Source: a virus (taxonomy: Duplodnaviria > Caudoviricetes). From it: a stretch of 26,178 nt of DNA. The notes under the pieces were generated by a model that searched no databases, was not told the DNA's origin, and saw only the letters and a program-made list of their open reading frames with translations. Each line of letters opens with the position of its first letter. Position 1 is the first letter of the stretch. The translations under genes were made by a program, and so were the position numbers. Shown in pieces: positions 7,281 through 15,352 of the stretch. The DNA is taken from the IMG/VR virus record IMGVR_UViG_3300037462_000252, positions 1-26,178 of that record; one strand, 5' to 3'.

Positions 7281-9604
7281 CGCGGCCCTCCGACATTGAT
7301 GATGCGCCGGTCGCTCGCATCCTGGACAGTGCGCACGATGCGTTCGGGCAGTTCCTCGCGCAGTTGCGAGATCTCGCTGCGCACGCGCTCCAGCGCGGCG
7401 GCATCGGCCCCGGTTGCGTCGATGGTGATGGGGATCGAAACGCTGGTGCCGCCCCCCTGCTGGGTGCTGATCAGGCGGCGCGATTCGCCGTTGGACATGA
7501 TCCCGAGGCCGCTGCCCGAGGCATAGGCCAGCTCCGGCCCCTGTTCTCCCACCACGGCAAACTTGCCCGCCGGGATCGGGCCGCCCATCGCTCGCCCGCC
7601 AACGAAGGCGGCGAGCAGCGTGGAGAAAAAGCCGCCGCCGCCGCCAGTCCCGCCGAACAGCAGCGTGGCGAGCGGCCGGATGATGGTTTGCTGGATCGCG
7701 ATCCGCAGCAGATCGGCGATGATCTGGTCGGCCACCCGGCTGAAGACATCGCCAAGGCTTTCCGCCCCCATGATCGCCCGAGTGAGGCCATCGTTGAGTG
7801 CTTCGAGCCCGTCGATCTTGATGCCATCGATCGCCTCGTTGATCATCTCAGGCGTGGCGTTGAGGTTGCGAGTGTAGCGCTCGACCTCGGTCTCGTTCTG
7901 GCGAGCCACCGCTGCGCGGCCCATCGCCGCGTTGGCCTTGAGCCCTGCAAGCCGCGCCCGCGCGAGATCGGCTTCTTCCTTCGTCACCGCGCCAATCGCT
8001 TCGGCGTCGATAATCTCCTGAAGGCGGATGCGCTCGCGTTCGAGCGCGGCATCGTAAAGCCGCAGCGAGACTTCCTTGCGGGCCTGCTCGGTATCGGCAA
8101 GGGCCAGGGCATTCTGCAGCGCTTCGGTGTCGGCCTGAAACTTCGCGTCGCCCAGCTGCTGCGATTGCTGGAGCTGGCGGTTGGCCAGTTCACGCGCGAT
8201 GATCTCGCCTTCCAGGCCGCGGTTCGCGCTGACAATCAGGTTGCCCTGCTCGTCGAACTTGGGCGCGGTGCCGAGCACCGCCTGCACTTGTCCGATCAGC
8301 GCGTTCTTCATCTCGCGCGTCAGATCGCTGCGCTCGATTTCGGCGATCCGGTTGTCGCGCTCCAGCGCAAGCAGGTCGCGCTGCACGTCGGCCCGCTCTT
8401 GCGCCGAGTTAGCGAGCGCCAGGCGCGCCTGCAGGGTTTCACGCTCGATCGCAAACGTCTGGCCTGCGAAGTCATCGGCCCGCTCGGCATCGGTTCTTTG
8501 GCGCGGGCCGCTGCGATCGGGGCTGCCGCCTCCACCGCGCGCTGATCCGCGCTGAAGAAAGCCCTGCAACGCCTGCTGATCGCCATTGAGCGCGCCTTCG
8601 AGGTTGCTAAAAACCTCGATGTTCCGCTGGGCTAACTGCGAATTCACGATCGGTTCGACTGCCTTGAGAAAGGCCTCGTCAGTGATCCTCCCGGCATCGC
8701 GGCGGCTGCGCAGCGATCCGATGGCAAAAGTCGCGCCAATACGGCCTTCCATGAAATCACCGACAACGTCCTGGGTGCCGTCGCCCTGCCGCGCGAGGCG
8801 CAGCCCACCGCCCATGCCGCCTTGGAGCTGGAGCGATCCGCGCCGCACATCGGCGAGCTGCGAACGGGCCTGCGCCGCTTCGCGCTCGGCCGCAATGCGT
8901 CCGGCGGCAGCCTGCGCCCGCGCCAGCGCCCACAGCGCCTGCGACTGGGTGTTGATCTTGCCGGTGGTGGTGTCGATCACGCTGCCAAGGATCGATTGCG
9001 CATCAGCCATCTTGTCCGATGCGAATTCCACCGCCTTCATTGCGGCTTCGCCCTCAAACAGCTTGGCGATGAACGGCGTCAGCACCACAAAGGCCGAAGT
9101 GATCGCCAGCCCCCACGGCCCGCCGAGAAAGGCGGCAAGGCGGCTGGTGCCGCCCGTCATCATCTGGATCGACTGGATCACCTGCCCGGATTGCGAAGCG
9201 AAGATCTGCATGGGCCGCGCGCCCAGCGCATACATCGTGGCGATGTCGTTGAGCTGGAAGCTCAGCTGCTGCATGCCCTGCCGCTGGGCACCAGCCATCT
9301 GGGTGACGCCGCTCAACTGACCTTCGAACCCTGAAAGGGACTTCTGCGCGGCGGCGTGTTGAGCCTGCACCGCGGCCAGCGCCACCTTGTTCTCCAGCAA
9401 TCGCCGGTTGTAGGCCTCCAGCGTAATCTCGCCTGCTTTGTAAGCAGCCTTGGCCTGCGCATTCTCAGTTGTCGCGCGGGCCTGCGCAGCCGCGAGATCA
9501 TTCATGGTCTGCTCGGCTTTTCGCCGGGCATCCAACAGGCCGCGCGCAAGTTTGGTGTCGTCTGTGCGCAGTTCAAGAACGGCATCGCCCAGCTTCTCAG
9601 CCAT
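7277..9604 (-). CDS. Tail tape measure protein (775 aa)
   Basis: Ala-rich helical protein; lambda-type QQLSFQLNDIAT...IFASQSGQV segment; C-terminal GRAMGGPI...VVGEQGPEL. Confidence 0.93.
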   Translation of the reverse strand: MAEKLGDAVLELRTDDTKLARGLLDARRKAEQTMNDLAAAQARATTENAQAKAAYKAGEITLEAYNRRLLENKVALAAVQAQHAAAQKSLSGFEGQLSGVTQMAGAQRQGMQQLSFQLNDIATMYALGARPMQIFASQSGQVIQSIQMMTGGTSRLAAFLGGPWGLAITSAFVVLTPFIAKLFEGEAAMKAVEFASDKMADAQSILGSVIDTTTGKINTQSQALWALARAQAAAGRIAAEREAAQARSQLADVRRGSLQLQGGMGGGLRLARQGDGTQDVVGDFMEGRIGATFAIGSLRSRRDAGRITDEAFLKAVEPIVNSQLAQRNIEVFSNLEGALNGDQQALQGFLQRGSARGGGGSPDRSGPRQRTDAERADDFAGQTFAIERETLQARLALANSAQERADVQRDLLALERDNRIAEIERSDLTREMKNALIGQVQAVLGTAPKFDEQGNLIVSANRGLEGEIIARELANRQLQQSQQLGDAKFQADTEALQNALALADTEQARKEVSLRLYDAALERERIRLQEIIDAEAIGAVTKEEADLARARLAGLKANAAMGRAAVARQNETEVERYTRNLNATPEMINEAIDGIKIDGLEALNDGLTRAIMGAESLGDVFSRVADQIIADLLRIAIQQTIIRPLATLLFGGTGGGGGFFSTLLAAFVGGRAMGGPIPAGKFAVVGEQGPELAYASGSGLGIMSNGESRRLISTQQGGGTSVSIPITIDATGADAAALERVRSEISQLREELPERIVRTVQDASDRRIINVGGPR

Positions 9605-10028
9605 CGCTCAAAGGCTCCTGAGAAGGCGCTGAAGCACCATTGCCAAGCCAGCTATCGAGATCGCCGATCACCGCCTCCGGCCCTTCCTCGGTGCTGACGG
9701 CAATGCCCATGCCCGCCAGATCTTCGGGGCCAAGCTGCCTGCGCTGCGGCGGCGCTTCACCGCGCGCTGTGGCCTTCAGCCGCTCCATGATCTCCTGGCG
9801 CTGCTCGATCTGGGCCTGCACCTCGAAGTCGGTCGCGCCGCTCACCGGCTGGGCCAGCTGGGCGGCGACGATCGCGTCGATCTGGCTCTGGGCCTCAAGG
9901 CGCGGCAGCATGATCACGAACGCCCGAACCAGCGCCGCAGGAACGCGCTCAAGCCAGTCCTGCGGCTGCCCGCCATAAAACCGCTGGAGCCGGGGAATGA
10001 TGCTGCCCCAGTCAGGCTGCTGAGCCAT
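9597..10028 (-). CDS. Tail assembly chaperone T-like ORF (in the -1 frame relative to G; open from 10121)
   Basis: Lies between G and the tape measure gene, overlaps the 3' end of G; DWGSIIPRLQRFYGG..W; ATG at 10028 preceded by GAGGTG. Confidence 0.75.
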   Translation of the reverse strand: MAQQPDWGSIIPRLQRFYGGQPQDWLERVPAALVRAFVIMLPRLEAQSQIDAIVAAQLAQPVSGATDFEVQAQIEQRQEIMERLKATARGEAPPQRRQLGPEDLAGMGIAVSTEEGPEAVIGDLDSWLGNGASAPSQEPLSDG

Positions 10029-10402
10029 TCGGGCACCTCGCCCGTCGCTGTCCCGATCGCTCCTGCCACCTTCAGCTTGTTTCGCAGCAGGAGCCCGGAA
10101 AAAACATCGATGACAGCCCATCGCTGCGTGCCGCTGAGCTTGGCGAAAACATCATCCGGCACATCGGGCAGGATCTTGCGCGCCACGGTGAAGACGAGAT
10201 CGTCCAGCTCGCGCTGGCTCGCCTCGTCATCCTTGGCGATTGCCTGCAGCTCATCGATCCGGCGTCCCCAGACGCCGAACCGATGGCTGTCGATCACGCT
10301 GATCTCGTCCGGGTGGATCATTTCGAACAGCTTGCCGTCGATGGTGATCCTGGGCCGGACGATCAGCGTATCCAGATTGAGCAGGGGTGCGGTATCGCTC
10401 AT
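9914..10402 (-). CDS. Tail assembly chaperone G-like protein
   Basis: Acidic small protein between tail tube and tape measure genes; likely start MSDTAP at 10402. Confidence 0.8.
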   Translation of the reverse strand: MSDTAPLLNLDTLIVRPRITIDGKLFEMIHPDEISVIDSHRFGVWGRRIDELQAIAKDDEASQRELDDLVFTVARKILPDVPDDVFAKLSGTQRWAVIDVFSGLLLRNKLKVAGAIGTATGEVPEWLSSLTGAASFPGSSGFMAGSRRTGLSAFLRRWFGRS

Positions 10403-10410
10403 GTCAGCCC

Positions 10411-11010
10411 TCACAGCGCGGGCAGGTGCGCCTGGCGCAGCACGCCAAGCCGCTGCTGCGGCGTGGCCGCATTCGGGTTTTCCAGCGCTTCATAAGTCAG
10501 CTGGAGCGCGGCGGGCTGACCCTTGCGGAAGATCGGATTGGGCGCGCCCGACTGGAAGCAGCGCGGGATCTCATACTGCATCGCCAGCGCCGGATTGTAG
10601 GGCGAAAGCCCGCGCGCCAGCAGCGCGAACTGCGCGGTGCGGCCAACGTCTTCCGAAAGCCCGATCGAACGATGCCCCGGCTGCCCGGCCGCAGGCGCGA
10701 CCGTGGTGACGGTGTTGGCATTGAGCGCGAAAGCATATTGCTCGATCGTCATGTCCAGCAGCGTGAGCCGGAACATCACGCCTTCCTCTTCAAGAAACGC
10801 AGTGACCGGGCCAGAAGCGCCAGCGGTGCGAACCTTGTTGTAAGTCTTGCTGTGCTGCACCTCGACGCCCGCGTTGTCGTAATTGCGATCGCCATTGGTG
10901 CCCAGACGGCTCCACGGCATCGCCGGTGCAGCGTTGATGGTCGGGAAAGCCGTGCCGACCGGAGCGATCCAGACGGTGAGCGGCGCACCGATGATTTCAA
11001 AGAACGACAT
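10411..11010 (-). CDS. Major tail tube protein
   Basis: VWIAPVGTAFP...WSRLG...GVEVQH pattern; synteny; GAGGAG RBS. Confidence 0.85.
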   Translation of the reverse strand: MSFFEIIGAPLTVWIAPVGTAFPTINAAPAMPWSRLGTNGDRNYDNAGVEVQHSKTYNKVRTAGASGPVTAFLEEEGVMFRLTLLDMTIEQYAFALNANTVTTVAPAAGQPGHRSIGLSEDVGRTAQFALLARGLSPYNPALAMQYEIPRCFQSGAPNPIFRKGQPAALQLTYEALENPNAATPQQRLGVLRQAHLPAL

Positions 11011-11016
11011 GATTGC

Positions 11017-11448
11017 TTACTCCTCGATTGCCGTCAGGCCGTGCATGACCTGGAAGGATTGGAACTGGCGGGGCCATTCGGTCCCCGGCTCGCGGCCGGC
11101 GATCGCGCCGCCGGCCGAATTGGCCCAGTGCATCAGGCAGCCGCCGTGCACGCCGCGCCGCAGCCGCCGCATGGCAAGCTCGGCCTCGGCCATCACCCGG
11201 CCCGCTTCGTGCGGGGTCTCGCCCAGCGCAAACAGATCGACGCGGGCGGTGTCGGTCTCGACAAAGCTGCCGCTGGTGGTGGAAACGCCGCCCGATTTGC
11301 GGATCACCAGCGCCTTGCGCGGCATCTGGGCGGTGCGGTCCGCTGGCAGCTCGCCGCCGAAGATCCAGCCATCGACCAGCGGCTGAAGCGCGGCGACGCC
11401 GAGCAGATAGGCGCGCAGACCGCCTTCAAGATCAGCCGCCGCGCTCAC
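11017..11448 (-). CDS. Tail terminator-like protein
   Basis: Position before tail tube gene; LRAYLL...ARVDLFA pattern; GTGA overlap. Confidence 0.7.
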   Translation of the reverse strand: MSAAADLEGGLRAYLLGVAALQPLVDGWIFGGELPADRTAQMPRKALVIRKSGGVSTTSGSFVETDTARVDLFALGETPHEAGRVMAEAELAMRRLRRGVHGGCLMHWANSAGGAIAGREPGTEWPRQFQSFQVMHGLTAIEE

Positions 11449-11882
11449 GCCGCGCCTCCTGCGCTTTCAAATGCCTTGCGGATATTGGCCGCCAGCTGCG
11501 GATAGATCGCATCGGCCGCCGGGCGCAGATAGGGCCGCGCCGGGATCGTCACTTCGGTTGCCATGCGCCAGCTGCCATCGGGCAGCTGGAACCGCAGCGC
11601 CTTGGCCCGCACCGGGCGGATCACGCCGCCGAGCTCGTGGATCAGGGCGTATTTGACATCGCGCGATCCCCACCGCCCGGCAACGCCCGCGCCATCTTCC
11701 CGCGCGAAATCGGCAATATCGATCGAGCCTTCGAGGATGCCCGTCTGGTTTTGCCAGGGATGGTTGGCCTTGGCGTGGCGCACGCAGGCGGCCATCGTGG
11801 CGTTGACGCCAATCATCTGCGCCTTGCGCATCTTCTCGCTGAGCGCCGGGCCGAGCCAGTTTAGCGATTGCGAGCCCATCAC
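11445..11882 (-). CDS. Virion morphogenesis / tail completion protein (HK97 gp10 / Mu gpG-like)
   Basis: QTGILEGSI, KYALIHELGG, TIPARPYLRPA motifs. Confidence 0.85.
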   Translation of the reverse strand: MMGSQSLNWLGPALSEKMRKAQMIGVNATMAACVRHAKANHPWQNQTGILEGSIDIADFAREDGAGVAGRWGSRDVKYALIHELGGVIRPVRAKALRFQLPDGSWRMATEVTIPARPYLRPAADAIYPQLAANIRKAFESAGGAA

Positions 11883-12226
11883 CCGATCCTCTGCAAGGCG
11901 GCTTCGAGATGGGTGTGCTTGAATTGCACCGGGCCTTCGATCTTGAGGCGGCCCGATGCCACCAGCGCGCCCCGGCGATCAGTGATGGTGGTGATGACAT
12001 CGCCGTCGCGCACATCTGCGCTGAGCGCGAACATGATCCGGGCATCCTCGATCAGCGCCGTCTTGCTGCCATCCACCAGCCCGCGCGCATTCTTCGACCA
12101 GAAGAAGCACGGCAGCGCGTTGTGCAGCACGGTGAAACTGGGCACCGGCGCATTGCCCCAGCTGTCCGTGCCGGTGGCCGTATCGCGCTCGATCCGCGCG
12201 CGCATGGTGAGGCGGCCGGAGATCAC
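11879..12226 (-). CDS. Head closure / head-tail adaptor protein
   Basis: GRLTMRARIER...DSWGN...ADVRDGDVI pattern; synteny. Confidence 0.75.
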   Translation of the reverse strand: MISGRLTMRARIERDTATGTDSWGNAPVPSFTVLHNALPCFFWSKNARGLVDGSKTALIEDARIMFALSADVRDGDVITTITDRRGALVASGRLKIEGPVQFKHTHLEAALQRIG

Positions 12227-12795
12227 GCCATCACCATCCCGCGCCGGTCGGCCAGCGTCTTCAGGATCGCCTCGCGATCGGCGGCCATGTCGCCGGAAAG
12301 CGTGAAGGCATAATCGCCCGAATTCTCGCTGCGCAGCGCCCCGCGATAGGACAGATCAAGCTGGATCAGCTTGATCGTCACCTCGTCGCGCGCCGCCTGG
12401 AGGCCTTGCGGGGTGTAAGTCACCTCGACCAGCGGAGCCCAGAACTCGCGCGCGTTCGGTCCGGTGGTCAGCCGCTGGAGCGTGCGGCCGCCATGGAGCA
12501 CGCGGTAATCGGCAGGATCGAGCGTGGTGGCAGCCACCGCCTCGCCCGAATTGCCGGGATCGCGCTCGATGATGGTGATGCCTTGCGCGGTGTCGGCCGG
12601 GATCACCAGCCGCAGATTACTCCAGAAGCGGGAATTCGGATCGGTCGCATCGCCAAGATGCACCGTCATTGCGCCCGCCGGGCCAAAGCGCGCGTCCAGC
12701 TCCTGCGCGATCGCGGTGATCATCGCAGTGATCTCACCATCGGAGAGATCGGTGCCGGTGCGTTCCCTGACCCGGTCAAGCAGCATAAATGACAC
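12223..12795 (-). CDS. Head-tail connector (gp6/gp15-like)
   Basis: LDRVRERTG..LSD.EI N-terminus, VEVTYT, SENSGDYAFT; synteny. Confidence 0.75.
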   Translation of the reverse strand: MSFMLLDRVRERTGTDLSDGEITAMITAIAQELDARFGPAGAMTVHLGDATDPNSRFWSNLRLVIPADTAQGITIIERDPGNSGEAVAATTLDPADYRVLHGGRTLQRLTTGPNAREFWAPLVEVTYTPQGLQAARDEVTIKLIQLDLSYRGALRSENSGDYAFTLSGDMAADREAILKTLADRRGMVMA

Positions 12796-12962
12796 GATCA
12801 GGAGCCCTTGGTTTCGGCGGCGGCGGCGGGCTTGCTCTGCGCCTGCCCGACCGGCTTCTTCTCAGCCTTTTGGCTAGGCTTCTTTTCGGAAGCGCGGTCG
12901 GGTTTGGTTTCAACGCTGGTCACGATCAGGCGTCCTTGGTTTCGGCGGCAGTGGCGGGCTTG
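12793..12962. repeat. Imperfect direct repeat (~42 bp, 128-bp period) covering coding tail, stop and next start
   Basis: cacgatcaggagcccttggtttcggcggcggcggcgggcttg (12793) versus cacgatcaggcgtccttggtttcggcggcagtggcgggcttg (12921). Confidence 0.9.
12798..12923 (-). CDS. Small Lys/Ala/Pro-rich ORF, 41 aa (MTSVETKPDRASEKKPSQKAEKKPVGQAQSKPAAAAETKGS); not in ORF track
   Basis: GTG start 2 nt after upstream stop, TGA 2 nt before next GTG; fills the gap exactly; paralogous to the tail of the upstream protein. Confidence 0.6.
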   Translation of the reverse strand: MTSVETKPDRASEKKPSQKAEKKPVGQAQSKPAAAAETKGS

Positions 12963-13237
12963 GCTTCGCCATCAGCGGCGGGCTTGGTTTCGGGCGAAGC
13001 GGCAGGCTTGGCCGCAGGCGCGACAACGGGTTTGGTCTGGGCAGGCTCTTTCGCCTGCTTGGCCGTCTTCTTCTCCGGCAGCGCGCCATCGACCAGGCCG
13101 AACTTCTCGGCCATCTCAGGCAGGATTTCATCGCCGGGCACGGCGTAAAGGAACGCCGCCTTGGGATCGCCATCTGCCACCAGCTTGACCTTGTCGGCGG
13201 TGAGGTAGAGGCGCTGCTTGCAAATCATGTTGGCCAT
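12926..13237 (-). CDS. Hypothetical head-associated protein with K/P/A-rich tail (103 aa)
   Basis: Start MANMICK at 13237 with AAAGGA RBS; repeated (E/Q)TKP/AKP units. Confidence 0.8.
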   Translation of the reverse strand: MANMICKQRLYLTADKVKLVADGDPKAAFLYAVPGDEILPEMAEKFGLVDGALPEKKTAKQAKEPAQTKPVVAPAAKPAASPETKPAADGEAKPATAAETKDA

Positions 13238-13268
13238 TGAACTGGTCCTTTCGGGTTGCTGGGGCGCT

Positions 13269-13535
13269 TTATTGCGCGCGTGCCCAGGAGATGAGCAGGA
13301 AGGCGCCGGTGGTATCGACACCGGCGATCGCCACCGTGTCGGACGTTCCTGCTGGGATCGATGCGCTGGCAAGCCGGTTGGTCGACACAGGCGGATTGGC
13401 GTTGGTGACAGACGCGACGGCAAGCAGCGTGTCGCCTGCCTTGATCCCGCCGGGCACGTTGAAGTTGCCCTCCGGGCCGCCCGGAATCATCGCCGTGCCG
13501 ATGGTTCGGCCGAAGCCTGAAATGGTGTTGCTCAT
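13269..13535 (-). CDS. Small beta-rich protein, candidate head decoration protein (88 aa)
   Basis: Start MSNTISGF at 13535 with AGGAG RBS; immediately downstream of the capsid gene; function inferred from position only. Confidence 0.7.
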   Translation of the reverse strand: MSNTISGFGRTIGTAMIPGGPEGNFNVPGGIKAGDTLLAVASVTNANPPVSTNRLASASIPAGTSDTVAIAGVDTTGAFLLISWARAQ

Positions 13536-13585
13536 GGGGTTCTCCTGACTTGTCAGGCGGCTCGACAGGGGCAGCCAAGCCACCG

Positions 13586-13633
13586 GAAAAGTCGGGGCCG
13601 ATCGCAAGAGGACTAATCAGCAATCGGCCCCGA
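13586..13633 (-). terminator. Terminator/attenuator-like hairpin downstream of the capsid gene
   Basis: Minus strand TCGGGGCCGATTGC-14 nt-GCGATCGGCCCCGA (one G-U pair) followed by CTTTT. Confidence 0.6.
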
Positions 13634-13675
13634 GGGATTGAGGCCGGGGGCACCCACCCCGGCCTGGGGAGAAAC

Positions 13676-15001
13676 TCAGACGCCGGTAACGGTGCAGAAA
13701 GCAGCGGGGCGCATCACCACCAGGGCAGCACGCATATCGGCGCGCACAGTGCGGCGGCCTTCGCCAAACTGGCTGGCGACATAGCCGACCTGGACATCGA
13801 CGCCCCGACGCTCGAACAGGCTGATCCAGCTCGGATCAAAGCTGCCGGTCAGGCCGGTGTTTTCGGCCATCGCATCATTGAGGACCACTGGCAGACCCCA
13901 CAGGCGCTCCGGCCCCGCCTCGGTCGGCGCGCCGAAGATGTAGATGCCTTCAGCCGTCCGGGTCAGCCGGATCTGCTGCCAGTCATTGGGATGCATGACA
14001 TGGTGCGTCGGGATCGCGCGGCCGGTCAGCCGGATCTTGGTCATGGCGCGGTAAAATGCGTCCATGATGGGATCGGCCCCCTTGGCTTCGGTCTGGATGC
14101 CTGCGGTGTTGAGGATCCCGCGCAGATTGGGAGCGCTGCCATCACCGATCATGCACTGGCGGTCGAGCCGCTGACGCACACCGAAGGCCAGCCGGGTGTT
14201 GATGTAGCTTTCGATCATCGCAACATCTTCGAGCTGCTCGTCGGTGACAGGCAGGCTGTCGGTGATCTTCTCGACCGGCACGGTGCGCTCGGTGAAGGCA
14301 AAGGTGCTCTCGGCAAAGGCCGCGCCCTCGGCGCGCTCGGCAGCCGCGTGCGTGCGGGTGGTTTCTTCCATGTATTTGACCGCCGCCTGGCTGGTGCGCG
14401 CGACAGGGAGAATGTCGAGCAGCTGGATCGGACGGGTCGCCGCCTCGACAAAGCCGGGCAGACGGATGCTTTCCGGCGCGAAACCGGAAGCGCGCGTCAT
14501 GATCGCCTTGTTGCCGATGGTCTCGAACTGGAAGGCCTTGGCCATGAAGTCGGACGGATCGGCATCGTCGAACTGCAGGGTCATGCCGCCTGGGGCACCG
14601 CGCCCCTGCCAGTCCCGGAATTCCTTGGCCTCGATCAGGCGCTCGCCGATCGACTTGAACTGGCCGAGGTTGGCGGGGCGGCCGCCACCATTGCCGCCGC
14701 CAGCGCCCGGCAGCGGGAAATTGCGCAGGCCCTTTTCGCGGGCCTCGTGATCGCGGGCGGCCTTTTCAGCCGCACTCAGGGTTTCGACATGGCGGCCCAG
14801 CTCATCAAGCTCGGCGTTCATCTGCTTCACGCGTTCGGCGACAGCGACCGCGCCCTTCACGCTATCGCCCAGGCACTTCACCTGACCGAAGGAAAGCTCA
14901 CCGCTGTCCGTCTTGGCTTCCTCGAAGACCTTGCCCAGCTCGGCCTGCTTGGCCTGCATCTTCTCCTGGGCCTGCTTCAGGTTCAAATTCTCGATCGACA
15001 T
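13676..15001 (-). CDS. Major capsid protein, HK97 family, with N-terminal delta (scaffold) domain
   Basis: Coiled-coil N-terminus, FKSIGE, AEGAAFAES, GDGSAPNLRGILN, MHPNDWQQIRL, RLWGLPVV, RPAAF; start at 15001 chosen from GGAG spacing (15010 and 15016 are alternatives). Confidence 0.96.
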   Translation of the reverse strand: MSIENLNLKQAQEKMQAKQAELGKVFEEAKTDSGELSFGQVKCLGDSVKGAVAVAERVKQMNAELDELGRHVETLSAAEKAARDHEAREKGLRNFPLPGAGGGNGGGRPANLGQFKSIGERLIEAKEFRDWQGRGAPGGMTLQFDDADPSDFMAKAFQFETIGNKAIMTRASGFAPESIRLPGFVEAATRPIQLLDILPVARTSQAAVKYMEETTRTHAAAERAEGAAFAESTFAFTERTVPVEKITDSLPVTDEQLEDVAMIESYINTRLAFGVRQRLDRQCMIGDGSAPNLRGILNTAGIQTEAKGADPIMDAFYRAMTKIRLTGRAIPTHHVMHPNDWQQIRLTRTAEGIYIFGAPTEAGPERLWGLPVVLNDAMAENTGLTGSFDPSWISLFERRGVDVQVGYVASQFGEGRRTVRADMRAALVVMRPAAFCTVTGV

Positions 15002-15086
15002 ATCCGTCATCTCCACTTGGCGGCCCCGCAGGGGCGAAGGCCGGTTCGAAACTCGAAGCCGGTTGTGGAGGATCGGGCGCAGCGCT

Positions 15087-15110
15087 TCGCCCCGGAACGC
15101 GTTCCGGCTA
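15087..15110 (-). promoter_or_regulatory. Palindromic site CCGGAACGCGTTCCGG, putative late-activator binding site of the capsid promoter
   Basis: Perfect 16-bp palindrome at 15092-15107; 23/24 identical to 23614-23637. Confidence 0.7.
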
Positions 15111-15167
15111 GAGTGGAAATGGCGATGTGCTGGGATGCGCCATGATTAGCGCGGATGGCCGATCAAG

Positions 15168-15208
15168 GCAAAAGGAAAGCCCGCCACGGCAGATGCCGAT
15201 TGGCGGGC
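15168..15208 (-). terminator. Rho-independent terminator after the prohead protease gene
   Basis: Minus strand GCCCGCCA-ATCGGCATCTGCCG-TGGCGGGC followed by TTTCCTTTTG. Confidence 0.8.
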
Positions 15209-15352
15209 CAGCCTGAAAACCCTCTCAGCGGCGATTTAAGAGGGTCTAAGAAGGCCCTCGGCCTGATTTTGGCGGGCAGAGGGCCTTGAAGCAATTCTGG
15301 GCCATTCTAGGCGCTTTTTGCGGCCTATCGCTTCGTTACTTGAGGCCTGGAT

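Noticed and set aside
12793-12965. CRISPR-like or att-like repeat
   Set aside because: Only two imperfect copies, coding in nature, with no cas genes or integrase nearby
13550-15145. 531-aa plus-strand ORF
   Set aside because: Antisense shadow of the capsid gene
15210-15350. tRNA gene (cloverleaf-like fold)
   Set aside because: Too long, no TTCRA T-loop or D-loop consensus, no 7-nt anticodon loop; kept only as a generic structured-RNA candidate
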